DNA from: Marsupella aquatica
Taxonomy: Eukaryota; Plantae; Marchantiophyta
Reading direction: 5' to 3'
Length of the DNA stretch: 64,000 nt
NCBI GenBank assembly: GCA_973895155.1
Contig: OZ316893.1
Location: 18,852,857-18,916,856 of the forward strand
Each line of letters opens with the position of its first letter. Position 1 is the first letter of the stretch. The position numbers and the translations under genes are program-made. The notes beneath the pieces were generated by a model that worked only from the letters and a program-made list of their open reading frames with translations, ran no database searches and was not told where the DNA came from. Shown in pieces: positions 25,053 through 37,696 of this stretch.

Positions 25053-26533
25053 AGTCGCAGAACTTGACTACCTTAACACTTAGCTCCGGCGTTGCTGACT
25101 CCGATGCCGAGCTCCCTTATGGTCTAGGCACGGATAGGCCATCCGGGGAGGACTTAGCATGAGGAGACTTGTGGCAATGAGACATGGCACTGGCAAAGGC
25201 AAAGCGCCAAGCTGGTGACACACACTAAGGACTTAGGCTAGCTGGGAGCTAGTCGGGTCAAGGGGAAAAGGGGCCAGGCTCAAGGTCGACCGTCCAGACC
25301 CCAGACAGACTTTGAGTTCTAAGGGCTTGAGTGTGAGCTCCTCTTGGATCCAAGGCCAATGGAGTTGACGCCATGTGCAACGGACGCTTGGGGCGAGAGT
25401 TATGGCCCGATCCGGGTTTGGCCAATTGGGGACCCCAAGCGGCGATGAGACCTGGGGGTCTAGGCATGAGCACTGGGTCGGCCCGATCACAACGGGCTAA
25501 GGCCCTCCGCTTGCGGACGCCTAACGAGAGAGTTATGGGCGTTGCCAGTTGATATATGACATGCCCAGTATGAGTGATAGGGTCCGGGTTGGGAGCCAAA
25601 AATTTAGAGACCAAAGCTGGTCCGGGGGTGGCAGGTCTCCAGAAGCATATATGAGGGGAGTGGTGTCTCCCTGGGGGCTAAGGGCGAGCCGAAGTCGTGA
25701 GCCGCGGGGGTCGCGACACTAAGGGAAAACACCAAAGAAAAATGACGATATCCTCTCAACGGGAAGTCTGTTGGAGGCCTTCTTGGGTGCGTTGGAAAGC
25801 TCTCAAGGAGGGCTACCTCCTTTTGAGATCATCTTGGTCTGGGGGCGCCATAGGTGCTCAAAGTTTGTGGGTGTTATCTCATCCGCTTGCCAAATCCTTC
25901 CAAAATAGTAGCCAAACTGCGTTCAGTCTCCCAAGGGAGCTTGCGTTGGGGAGGCAAGGCCAAGTAGGCATGGAGGTTGAGGTCCATGGGTGCTTGGCCC
26001 CTAGACCATCAGTGGGGCAAACCGGGAGTTGGTTGCTAGAGTCGGGCTATTCTGGTCCCAACATGTTGGGATACGCTATGCTAATTGGGCCATGAGCATA
26101 TCTTGGGGTCAGGGCGGTCAGTTGGTGATGGATAGGTACGAGGGGGGAACCCAGGCCGCGCCCAAGGAAGGAGTTGTTATGGACAAACAGTGGGCGTACG
26201 TGGGTTCTAGTTCCAGCTTATGGCGTTGGGAGGACCTATCGCTGACCTACTTACCAATGTCTGTTGAACTTGAGTTAGGACGCTAGACTTGGAGAGATCT
26301 AGATCGTGAAGGGTTACTTATCGAGACGCTTGGTTTCTTGTGCAAACAATGAGGACCGTTAAGTAGCGATTGTGTTAGAGAGCAAGTGCGGCTTCGTATC
26401 GGAGGGGCCGCTGGTGGTGCAAGGGGCACTAGGTTGCTTGCTCGAGGTATTCCGTGGAGGCATTCGGGCACCAGGGGCATTTAGGCGTGGGTGTTGGGAT
26501 TGGTGAGGGCGCTGGGTAGCAAGGTCCACCACT
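25053..26533. mobile_element. Non-coding 1.48-kb element with AGT...ACT termini, 5-bp TSD GCCTT (copy 1)
   Basis: gcctt|agtcgcagaacttg ... caaggtccaccact|gcctt. Removal restores KKIRRKA-YGYFFRDG in the host pol. Homologous to 53772-55536. Confidence 0.88.
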
Positions 26534-29500
26534 GCCTTCCTCCTTATCTTCTTAAATTCTTTGTCAGACCAACCTTCAGATTTTTCCAATGTGCTAAGGT
26601 ATTGCCCTATATCCACCCATTCACCATCATATAATTCTTCTAAGAATGACTCAATTGTGATTGTCAGATTGAACCCTTCTGATTTTGCTTGCGCATTGGA
26701 GAAGAACTTTGTACCCACATCTTCTTCTTCCTCCACCATCTCTTCTTCACGGTAGTATCTAGCTCTAGATAACATGTCAGTCACTTGATTGTTCTTCCCT
26801 AATATGTGTTGGAATTCCAGATCTAAAGTCTTGATGTAGGCAATCCATTGGAGCATGGCAATGTCTGGTGTGGTACAATTAGCTATCATCCCAAGGAGGG
26901 GTAGACAATTGATTCCAACTACTATCGGTGCTCCAATGAGATCATCTTTATCATATTTGAGTGAAGTTACTATGCCCCACAATTCTCTCTTCAATTGCGG
27001 GTAAGCCTGTTGGCAAGTGCTCAAGACTTTTTCCCCAAACCTTATCACACATCAATTCCCCTCTTCATCATTCTGCCCAATTGCCCAACCAATCCCAATT
27101 AAATTGTATCTACTGTAACAATTACTCGTCGTCCACAATCATAATCAACTCTCTTCAAAGCTATCATATCAGAAAGTGACTCTTTCAACTTCCTTACTGA
27201 TATGGTATGCTCATCCTCCCAAGTAAACTTTTTTCCTTTCCTTAGAAGCCGATACAATGGATCCGCTATATGTGCAAAATGCGGGATCCAATGAACATAG
27301 AAGACACATGCTCCTAGGAATCTATGAACCTTGGTAGTCGTTTCATATACCTCCTTCATTTTCTTGATTGCATCCACCTTTGTTGGTCACGGCTTCCTCC
27401 CCTATGGCCCACACAAATGTCCCACAATGAGAACCTCCTTTACCCCAAAACTTGATTTCACCCCAAACAGTGTCAAATCATGGACTTCTTCCAAGTTTGT
27501 CAAGATCTTATCATAGTCTGCAATGTGGTCAGCAACAAACTTTCTACACCCCTTTGAATTTTTTGCCTCATCCTTCTCCAGGACACTACAACCCTTAATT
27601 GGTATATCGTCAATGAACAACAATGTTGTTATTTTTGGAATGAAGTCTCTTAGTACCTTGTTCATCCCGCTCATCATATGTGCAACAAAAGTTGTTGCTC
27701 CCATCGGCAAGGTACACATTCGAAGCAATCCTAGTGGCGTCTTCATTGCAGTTAAATCCCTGTTTTCAATAGCAAGCTGGAACTAGTCATATCCCAAGTA
27801 CAAATTCCCCATAGAGTATATCGATCTCCCTGCAAATGCATCTATGAACTCATCCACGAGAGAACCAATTTCTATATTTTGTATGGTCACCTTGTTGACA
27901 AGCTACATATCTTGAATGAATTGTAATGCTCTAGACTTCTTTGGCACTATAAACCACCTATTTGAGTATGGCTCAAACTTCACGCTTAGATTTCACCATA
28001 ATGCACTTGATATTTGTATAACAGGGACAAAAACAATAGTTTTGCAGGTCACATTGGAAGGAATGACTTGCACACTGAGATGACACGTACTTAATAGTCT
28101 TTGTACAAACAAGGTGCCGTGGTGGCATCAAGCATCATGTCAACCTGCAAGTAGCACCGTTTCAAGCTAGCAAGCCATTATAAATGGCTCTAGCTAGTAT
28201 CCATGGGTGCGAGCACATTGCACTACAAACATGTCAAAGCATTTATACCAAGCTACTTCAACCATTCATCAAGTCACTGCGCCATTTCAGCTCGCCTCTC
28301 TACCACTTCTCTACAAGTTTTTCTTCGCTCTAAACAAAACTTGGCAACCCCTCTTGAAATTTTGAACACATCTGAGCATTGTTGTAGCAAATTGACTTGC
28401 TGTTAGTAGTATCTTCCTCGCTTATTTGTGTCGCTACCGCGTTGCAATGGCATCTCAAAAGAGTAGCAACAATCAACGCCTTGGGAAGGAGAAGGTGGAG
28501 AGTAGTGTTACTGCCTTGATGGAGGAGGCAAAGATTTTGAAGGAGGAAAAAATTTCAAAGGAGGCAAAGATTGCAAAGGAGGCAAAGATTGCAAAGGTTG
28601 TGCCTATTATTGTCACCCAGCTGCCCACCGTGGTGGGGAACTTCAGCAAAGCACCTCATACTCAAGCGCCCAAAGAAGTGCAAAGCAAGCGTTTACAAGT
28701 CAGGGTCCTCACTCCCAAAGAGAAGCACAAAATGGAGATGGAACAGAAAGCCCAGGCCAAGAGGGAGTACAAAGCTTTGAACTGACAACAGCAAAGTGAT
28801 AACTACTGGGCACAGATTGAGGCATACAATGATATTTGCAATGCTCCATGGACCGGTTCTGACGATGACACTTCATCTTGTGATTCGGATGCTTGGAAAG
28901 CTGCATCCCCATGAAGCATATCACTTACTGGCAGTATAATGAGGTAGTGCTCTATTAGTGTAGAATGCAATCACAGGCTGTAGCAATAGCGGATGTTGCA
29001 ATGTTGAACACGTTATTACACAACAATAAAGACTAATGTATGAGCTTCAATGGATATTTTCAAGATGTAATTGTAATTGTGGAATGGATTCCATGTCATT
29101 TATTTTAGCATTGTCGTAGTCCCTTGGGAAATTACAAAAACACCATATTGCTCTATTGTAATGCAATACACACAAGCAGAACTTAGAGACCACTTGTAAA
29201 TCATGGGGTGCCATACGGGCTTGAACTAGGAGACCCCCATTCCTGGTACTTTGACTTGCGCTGTCACTTTGCTGTTGTGTCTTTCCTCTTGAAGTTCTTT
29301 GGAACTGTTTTTTGCATTTTCATTGTAGCAAATTCTTCCTTCACCTTCTATACTTCAGCCTCATAGACTACATTGTAGTCATCCAGTAGCTTGGTAATCT
29401 TGTTCTCAAGTAAAAGACAAGTTGGAAGAGGATTAGGCAGGGTGTTGTGGTATCGGCTTGGTGAATCAAAATGCAACAAATATGGACGATGGTCCAATTT

Positions 29501-30338
29501 CTTTCGGCCTCCATACACATTGTGATCCACCAAGGACTAATCAGCATGACCTTCGTCTTAGTTAAAAAGTACTCAAGCAAGTCAACGAAAGACTTGAAAT
29601 GAGCCACCACATATGACCACGCCTCAACTACCAGAAAATCTCTTGAAGTAGTGCATTTGTTTTCAACATCTCCTCCATGGGATCGGAATCCACGACGAAC
29701 CTTGTCTTCTGGTGCAAATGGAATGAAACACGATATCAGTCCCTTGAATGCGCGAGACGAGATGCTTGCACCATTTTGCACCAAAGTCCCTTGAAAGGCG
29801 AGAGAGCTTGCAAACCGCATCTGATGTGATTGAGGTACAAAGTTGCTCATACTATTATGTGAAGTGAGTGGGAAAGTAAGAATGAGTGGCCGGAGTGGGC
29901 ATACAAACATTCAAGTGTCTAAATTGCCACCTATTAATGAGCCAAAAGATCACCATGTCACGTAAAATGTTGCATAATTTCAGTGCTACAAAACTATCAT
30001 ATCCCGTCGTAACAATGAGCAAAAGTAGTCGTAAAGGTGTGGAATGTGACCTACGGTCATAGTGTTACATCCAAAAAGTATGCAAAAAGATATGATGACA
30101 CATTTCGAAAGATACTGATTGGACTATGAATCGCAATTTACTACAAACATTATGATTGTATGAAGTAGTAAGTTTAATACAATATCTGTTCATACTTTGT
30201 GAAGGCGGTCAAATGGAACTTTACTGACAAAGTGCAAAGATTTTAGTTCAAAAACAAAGTGGAGTATTGTACCGCAAAAGTCATTCGCATAGATTACAAA
30301 TAGAAACTAACGCACGGGCCTTTTTCCTTATGTCGGGG

Positions 30339-30758
30339 CTATTGCCACAAAAGAGCCTGGAACTCTATTAGTGAACTCATGAGCTTCAACAATGTGAACA
30401 ACTGGGTTGATAGCTCATTTTGGTGGTACTTCTCCTTGAGTGCAATATATAGCGATGCCCAATCCAAGTGATCCTCCACCTGGATAATGACTTGAGCTTG
30501 GAGGTAGAGCATGAAGGTGCTCACGACCATCTCTTGGGTATTACTTTAGTCATTGTTTTTTATTGTCTCGGGTTTTGGCTTAAGCACCTTGCCTAAACCA
30601 GTTGCTTTCAACAATCCCTTCACTTGCCGCTCCCACAACAAATAATCCAATCGCCCATCAAACTTCATCACCTCAAACTTTGCGTCTCTGACCTTTTGAG
30701 TAACTAGGGTGTTCACCTTGTTCCCCTCCAGCCAATGTAGCTCAATTGGTACCACCAA
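30339..30758 (-). pseudogene. Ty1/Copia gag N-terminal remnant
   Basis: KFEVMKFDGRLDYLLWERQVKGLL and ALKEKY motifs, downstream of the LTR/PBS at 31488-31839. Confidence 0.78.
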
Positions 30759-31487
30759 ACTTATCTCTTACGCAAGTGACACAAAACGTTGAGCAAAATT
30801 GGAATGCTCACATTCAACAAGTTAGCATCTCATGCACATGCGCCACAAGATAAGTTTTTTGGAACACTAAATGGATCAGCAAATCAACCTTTGAGTCAAA
30901 GTTATTCCCTAGAGAAACAATTGAAACTCAATCATTTTGTACCCCCATGGGGAATCTGAAATAAACAATTGACTTGCCAACATCCATTCATAAAACTGCG
31001 GGTATCGGCACGGAGCTGACTATGCGAGGAACCACCACAAAACAATTCAGCCAAAGTGGACACCTGAAACACCATGGAGAAAGCACTCTCAGATTTTCAG
31101 GACTCCTGCGACAGATTCTTGACAAAAGGCTATTCATCCTACAATAGGGTTGATTGCCCCGGTTCAATCTCAACCATTGGATTGAAGAGATCAATGGCTG
31201 AAAATGTGATATGCAAGCGCGACAATGTAAAATGGGTGGAGGCAAGGCTCGATCTTGACCATTGGATCTTCCTAATTGGATAGTAAGAAGCAATCTCAGG
31301 CTGAATTAAAGGGCCAAGTGGCAAATAACAAGTACCCATCTCCAGCTGTGCAATCTGAATGATCTAATGGCCCAAAAGAGGTACGAGGCCCACATTGCGG
31401 GTCACCCACAATGTGTAAAAGGTGTGGAAAGGGGCAACTTATGCCGTTAGATCCTTGTAATCTAACACATACTATTGCTCAATGGGG

Positions 31488-31499
31488 GCTCTGATATCA
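31488..31499 (-). promoter_or_regulatory. Degenerate tRNA-Met(i) primer binding site of the Copia element
   Basis: Minus strand reads TGATATCAGAGC (consensus TGGTATCAGAGC) 2 nt from the LTR. Confidence 0.8.
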
Positions 31500-31501
31500 A
31501 T

Positions 31502-31839
31502 TGGTGGGAAAACCATCACAAAACAACCATGAGCACAATCAACAAGCATGCACAAATCTACACCAAGATAAGTGGTTCACTGTCAAGGCTACATCCATGG
31601 GAACACACAAGAGCTTTACTAAGCTTTGGCCACAATGGCCACACAAAGCCTCCTTGCACAAGCTCTTCTCCTAGCACCTAGCTAGCTCCCTCAACAATGA
31701 GCATGAGTCTCAAAGAAGAGCTCTCCCTAGCCCCTCTACATGCTAGATGTAAGAGTTGCCGCTAATCACCATTAACACCCTAATGGCAGGTTGGCCTTAG
31801 TAACAAGAGGTTAACCCAAGATTGAAGTTAACCCTAACA
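31502..31839 (-). repeat. Copia 5' LTR
   Basis: TG...CA ends, adjacent PBS, similar to 5657-5963. Confidence 0.8.
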
Positions 31840-33646
31840 TTTGTGCCTGTGCCTCCTACCTGGACCCCTCTGGTGCCTCCTTGGCCAATCCACTTGTGTT
31901 TAGGGGTGTCTTTAGATCCAAAGGGAGCTCATACACTCGGTGTGATCAAGGGAGTGGTAGGCGAGGTGGTAGGACAGTGACACACCATGACATTCAGGAT
32001 ATGGTGGCAGCCATTGCATGCTTAGGACTTGGGATACCATGCTACAATGGAGTAGTGACATGTGCTTCCACCGCGGGATGGTATCCAATGTTGGGTAGCT
32101 CCAAATCGATACACAGCAGAATATACCCAAATTAAAACCGCAATGAGTTGCTCACGGTGCAGAGAACCAACAACTTGTGTATTCCTAATCAATCCTACCA
32201 AAATTGAAAATACCGAGCTCTCTAGTGAGCTCCAAATTGATCACAACACAATCCCAATTACAATCACAATGTACAAGTTATTGACAATGCTAGCTCCTCT
32301 CTTCCCTATAGCCCTCAACGTCACTCAATGAAATCATAGCCTTTTTTTCTTCCCGCAACCCTGATGTCTTGGAAAATTTATATATGAGAGGTTCCTCAAA
32401 GAGAGACCAGGGTACACAACATCATCACTTATCAATGATTGATAATTGATATATCAGCCATTGATACCAATTATCAATTTTGACGCTAAATGTTTTTTGA
32501 ATCTCATTTGAGTAGCTAAGATGGGGCCTTTGCACCTTCGTGCAACATCTCAACTGGGCAGAGATTGGCCCAATCTTGGCTGACCTCGACGAGATAGGCG
32601 TACGGACAAAAACAATTGGGCAAAAACAAAACCATAAAATTTTCAAAAAAATATTTCAATCTTTTTGGTGTTAGTACCACACGGACACCCACCCATCTTA
32701 GCTAACCTCACTGAGATGGGGAGCACGGACACCCCATAGTGAAAAAACCAAAAAATGCATTCTCCCTTAAATTTTTTGAAAAAAAATATCAATTTTTTCT
32801 GTTTTTTAGCTTGCATCGCAACTCAATTTCTCTCTGAGATGAGGTGGTAGCTGATATCAAGCGGACTGGTGGAGATGACTTATAAATGATGAAATTACTT
32901 ATCTTAGAGAGTCCCCAATGTTTGGAAAAGAGAGTGGCCCCAATGTATCCCTTAAAGAAATGATGTAGTGCTTGGGCAATACTTTCGCCCTCTCCTTCAC
33001 ATCACCCTTGTCCCCTCCCTAAGTCCCTGACACCTGGAGGCTACAAAGTTCTCCCCCTCAAAACCTAATTTTGGAGTCCCACCAAGTGGATTTTTACTTT
33101 CAAGGTCTGGTTGAGTCAAAGTTTTCAGTTGGGGCCACACCAAGAAATTCATGTGGCTGAGGAAATTGTCACTTCCCATGGGGTCCGGAAAGACCATTAA
33201 CAAGGCAAGGGATCCATTGGTATTTGCAATAACATACCATTGTTTGGAAGATTAATGTGTTGAAATATTTGCTAAAAAATGCAATCAATACAGAAAAAAG
33301 TAGCGAAGAATCTGTATACTCATAAGGCATTTGTCACAAAAAGCTATGAGAAATTGCTCAACACAATTTTGATAATACCAAGTATATAGGCTTTTTTGAC
33401 CAGCTAAAAGGCAATTGCCTAGGACAAGGCTTGAACTAGCTTACAGGCGGGGAAAACAGTTCATGTATAGTTTTGTATTACTTTCCATTATTCCAACAAC
33501 CTACCACGGGCGCCTATGGCGTATAACATATTTGACCCATCCAAAATGTTTTGGCACAACATATACATAACAAGCAAAGAAAAATTGTCTAAACAGGATT
33601 GAACTTGATACATGTTGGTCCCGACTACCCATGGCCATTTGAGCTA

Positions 33647-33782
33647 TGTTGTGCGCATACACATCGCTACACAACATACATCGTTTGTCACACATATCCA
33701 AGCATAGTCACAATCTAACGACACAAACCTAAGAGAATGATCTACAAATGGAACCCATGTCCATACATGCCCAAAACCCACA
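33647..33782 (-). repeat. Terminal repeat Y2 (136 bp)
   Basis: Matches 34115-34250 with 2 mismatches counted by eye; TG...CA ends. Confidence 0.95.
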
Positions 33783-33783
33783 A

Positions 33784-34112
33784 TAATCTTCTTCAATAGT
33801 GCAAATCCAACAACGATCGGTGCTAATCCAACAACGATCCCATCCGACGCGATCACACATGTATGTCAAGCCCAACACACCTTGTGCTTCAAGGAATCCA
33901 CATTACATGCACACAACCTGGTGAGCCACACCATAGCCACCAAGCTCATGCTCAAAGGCTCAACATTGAAAGATGAGGCCTTTGAGCCAACACCCGGGAT
34001 AACTATCCCTCACACCAACTCAAACTAAACATAGTGCTCATGTAGCACACATACAAAACCTCTATACCTAGATAGTATGATATACTTTACTACCACTCTA
34101 AATGGTGTGACA
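33784..34112 (-). repeat. Terminal repeat X2 (about 330 bp)
   Basis: Matches 52504-52833 with about a dozen differences counted by eye. Confidence 0.95.
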
Positions 34113-34114
34113 GT

Positions 34115-34250
34115 TGTCGTGCGCATACACATCGCTACACAACATACATCGCTTGTCACACATATCCAAGCATAGTCACAATCTAACGACACAAACCTAA
34201 GAGAATGATCTACAAATGGAACCCATGTCCATACATGCCCAAAACCCACA
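34115..34250 (-). repeat. Terminal repeat Y1 (136 bp), directly after the PPT-like tract
   Basis: Copy of 33647-33782, preceded on the minus strand by TAGGGGGGCGAT. Confidence 0.95.
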
Positions 34251-34425
34251 ATCGCCCCCCTAGCTGGAAGTGAGGTCCCCTAACTCTAGCTAGCCATGAT
34301 TTCTACAAGGTTGATATACACCTTTTTAGGTGTGAAGATCAAGAGGCCGGGTGCAAGTGAGCCCCATTGATCACCTACCTGCAATTTATATCTTCCACGA
34401 GAACACAAATGATAACTAGTCGGCA

Positions 34426-34570
34426 TCACCGACATTGAGGACACAACCATGATCCACTAGGAATCATGTGCAAGGGTGGTGTCAAACACGACATGTGCCA
34501 TCCTCTAGAACACCAATCACAAATTAACATAGTAGCTGCTCCCTAAGCAGACCCACACAACATACATTTC
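34426..34570 (-). pseudogene. PHD finger at the integrase C-terminus
   Basis: KCMLCGSA*GAATMLICDWCSRGWHMSCLTPPLHMIPSGSWLCPQCR is a C4HC3 finger, in frame through one TAG. Confidence 0.9.
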
Positions 34571-35757
34571 AAGCCAGCACGAACATGTGTCAAGCTTGGA
34601 TCCACAGTACCATCAATGTTTGGAAGATGACACGGCGCACAATTACGCACATGATCCTTCCAAACCATACCATCACGTCCTTCCAACATAAGGACTCCAG
34701 AAGGCAACACTTCACGCATACGTAAGATTGTCCGCCCTGCGGTCACATCAAGCGTCGTTGGTGCTGTCCGCTGCAAATAAACATAATCGCCAGGATGAAA
34801 TCTTCTAATCCTCGTGCGATAACCTCCTCCACAAATAGTAGCATACCGCAAAGTATCACGATGTTGGGCAATAGCAAGGTTGTCAAAGGCCATGGGCATG
34901 ACTCTCTCAAAAACTCGTGTCCTCTCTGAACAAACCTTGAATCAAACATCTGGATCATCCAAATCCACAACATTTGCAACATCACGACGAATAGCCGCTG
35001 GCAAATCTGGCTCTCTACCATAGAGCAAGAAATAAGGTGAAAAGGATGCAAGTGATGCTTGTCGACTGAAACGGTAGCCCATAGCTAACCAAGGTAGTTG
35101 GAGATCCTAGTCTCCCAAATGACCAACTTGCAAGCCATACTTACGCAATCCTCTCTTCACAGTTTGTACAACTCTCTCTGCCAATCCATCTGTCTCAGGA
35201 TGATCGCGAGAAGTAGTACGATGATCAATCAGAGCTTGCTCACACAAACCCTCAAAATCTCTACGGAATTATGTGCCCTAATCAGTCAACACCTCAGCTG
35301 GTGCTCCAAAGTGACTGAGTACTCGATCCAAAAATGTGGTAGCCACTCCTCCACTAGCTTTATCTGGCAATGCGACTAGTTCAATCCACTTGGAGAAGTG
35401 CTCCACCATAACCAAAACATACCGATTGTGACGTTGGGTAAGAGGCAATGGACCAGCAAAGTCCAAACTCCATCGATATCCCAAACCCATGATCGGTAGC
35501 GGATGCAACTAAGGAGTGGGAGCATTGAACGATGCTCGCACTCGATCACAAACCATACACTTAGCTATCAATTGCTGGACATCAGTGTGCATACCACGCC
35601 ACCAATACTGTGTCTGCAGCAAGCTATAAGTGTGCTTCACACCAAAGTGCCCTAACTCTTTGTGCGCATGTCGCATCAAATGTACTCGTTGTGACAGTTT
35701 TGGTACAACCAACACCTTCCCATCACGTAGTACCCTCAAAAGATGGTTTCCTTCCCA
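34571..35757 (-). pseudogene. Gypsy integrase (HHCC + DDE core + C-terminal domain), disrupted
   Basis: HKELGHFG...CMVC, WSLDFAGPLP...VEHFSKW...VLTD, FHPGDYVYL. Confidence 0.92.
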
Positions 35758-37446
35758 TCAAAATCTCTTGGCTCGTTGTAGAACCCTATCACCCTCCTTA
35801 GCATCAACATTGCCACCAATGGAGCCACCATACAAATATTCCAACACTCTCACATCGTTGTGAATATCTTGCTGTCCAAAAACTACATCACCAACATCCA
35901 TATCCGAAGACTCATCATCTACTCCATCCAATGAAGTAGAGTCTACATATCCACTACATACTGGCACCCAACAAAGGAAAGCAGATGCATGCCATCCTGG
36001 CACCATCTCCTTATCTGTCTCATCATGCCATCGAGCTCCAATCTCATCCTCTTGACTGGTACATGGATTGCGGCTCAACCCATTCGCATCCAAATTCACT
36101 TTTCCAGGTCTATGCACAACCTGAAAATCATACTCCTGCAACAATAATGCCCATCGTGCAAGCTTCCCTCTAAGCTTGTCAGACTCCATTAACCACTTGA
36201 GAGGTTGATGATCAGTGATCAAGGTGAACAAATTACCAAACAAATAGCAACGGAAATGTGCCACAGCCCACACTATTGCCAAACACTCTCCCTCATAAGA
36301 GTTGTACTTAGCCTCTGCTGAATTGTTGGATCTACTGGCATACGCCACAACAAACTCATTCCCATCATCATCCTTCTGAGTCAACACTGCTCCAAGTCCT
36401 ACTCCACTCCAATCAGTGTGAAGCTGAAATGGTCGCCCTGAAATGGGTCTTCTCAAAATAGGTGTTGATGCCAGTCTTTCCTTCAACTCTTGGAAAGCAT
36501 GCTCCTGTTCGTCTCCCCAAATCCACTCCTGATCCAACTTAGTGAGTATAGTTGAAGGTTTAGCAAGCTGGCTAAATCCTTTAACATACCTCCTATAGTA
36601 GCTCGCCAATCCCAAAAATGCACGAACTCTGCCCACATCAATAGGACGAGGAATCTGTGTAATAGCCTCCACCTTAGTCTGTTGCACACCCAATCCTCCT
36701 GGGTAGATAGTGTGGCCCAAATACTCAATCTTCTCTTAAAAGAACTTACACTTGCCGGGATGGAGCTTCAATCCATGTTCCCTCAATCTTTCAAACACAA
36801 TCTGCAAGTGTCTCTGATGTTCTTCCACAGTAGAAGAATAAACTAAAATATCATCAATATAACATCTGACAAAATCCAAACCTGCAAGGATTCGATCCAT
36901 GACTCTCTAGAACTCAGCTGGTGCATTCTTCAACCCAAATGGTAAGAACAATCACTGATACAAACGATCTTTGCCATAAGAATCAATCCCCCAGAATGTT
37001 GTCTTGGACCTATCAGAATGCCTAATTGGCAACTGATGGTATCCCGCCCTGAGGTCCAACAAACTAAAAATCCTTGCATGCCCCACTGCATCAAAGATCT
37101 CCTCCGGTGTGGGCATGGCATATCGATCAGATTTTGTTTGACGATTAATAGGCCGGTAATCACCGCACATTTGCCTATCCGTGTAATTGCCATGCACATC
37201 CTTCTTGGCTGGCATCATTGTGGCAGATGCATACTCTCTGTATGAAATCTCCACCAAACCAGCTTCCAACAAATCCTGAGTTCTACTCCGGATCAATGCC
37301 CTCTCCATATCACTATATCGATATGGTCGTCGAAAGATTGGCGCATCACTAGCCAGTTCAATCTGAATACCAGGGCCCTTCAATGTTCCCAAATCCTTCA
37401 TGCTAAATGCAAAACAATTCCAATAACTCTTCAAGAATTGATGCAT
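35758..37446 (-). pseudogene. Gypsy reverse transcriptase + RNase H, disrupted
   Basis: CGDYRPIN, LDLRAGYHQL, RCYIDDIL near 36860, FLGLASYYRRYV, LHTDWSGVGLGAVL, YASRS..YEGECLA, TDHQPLKWL. Confidence 0.95.
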
Positions 37447-37696
37447 TCAAAGTCTCTCACCCCCTGTCAACTTAGGACCAATTTGTGGCTCCCAACTCTC
37501 CATCAAAGCTGTGATGTCTTCCTTCGGGGTTGAAGAGATAGTCGGTGGTTGCTATTTAGCAACAATTTGAGCAGTCCCAACCTGCTCAACAATCTGTCCT
37601 GCCTTGGCCAATCCTGCCATAGGTCCATGGACTGTCTGCTCGCCCCCAGCTGTGGTCGCTACTGTCTCAGTAGACCGCAAGCTCACCAATGGACGA

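Larger units (their letters stand above)
21410..27975 (-). pseudogene. Ty3/Gypsy pol remnant (RT-RNaseH-integrase) of a second family, interrupted by two insertions
   Basis: RT LPMGAT...FIDDIP, RH AYPQLKRELWG...DMLSRARY, IN HESLWAGH...CETC and WVVDLV...ADRGE...GNGKRER. Confidence 0.88.

Noticed and set aside
33647-34250. Independent TRIM (Y-X-Y) inserted next to the Gypsy
   Set aside because: Its middle part X is the element's own 5' repeat, the PPT abuts Y1, and the GCTA TSD brackets the whole 33647-52833 unit rather than Y-X-Y.
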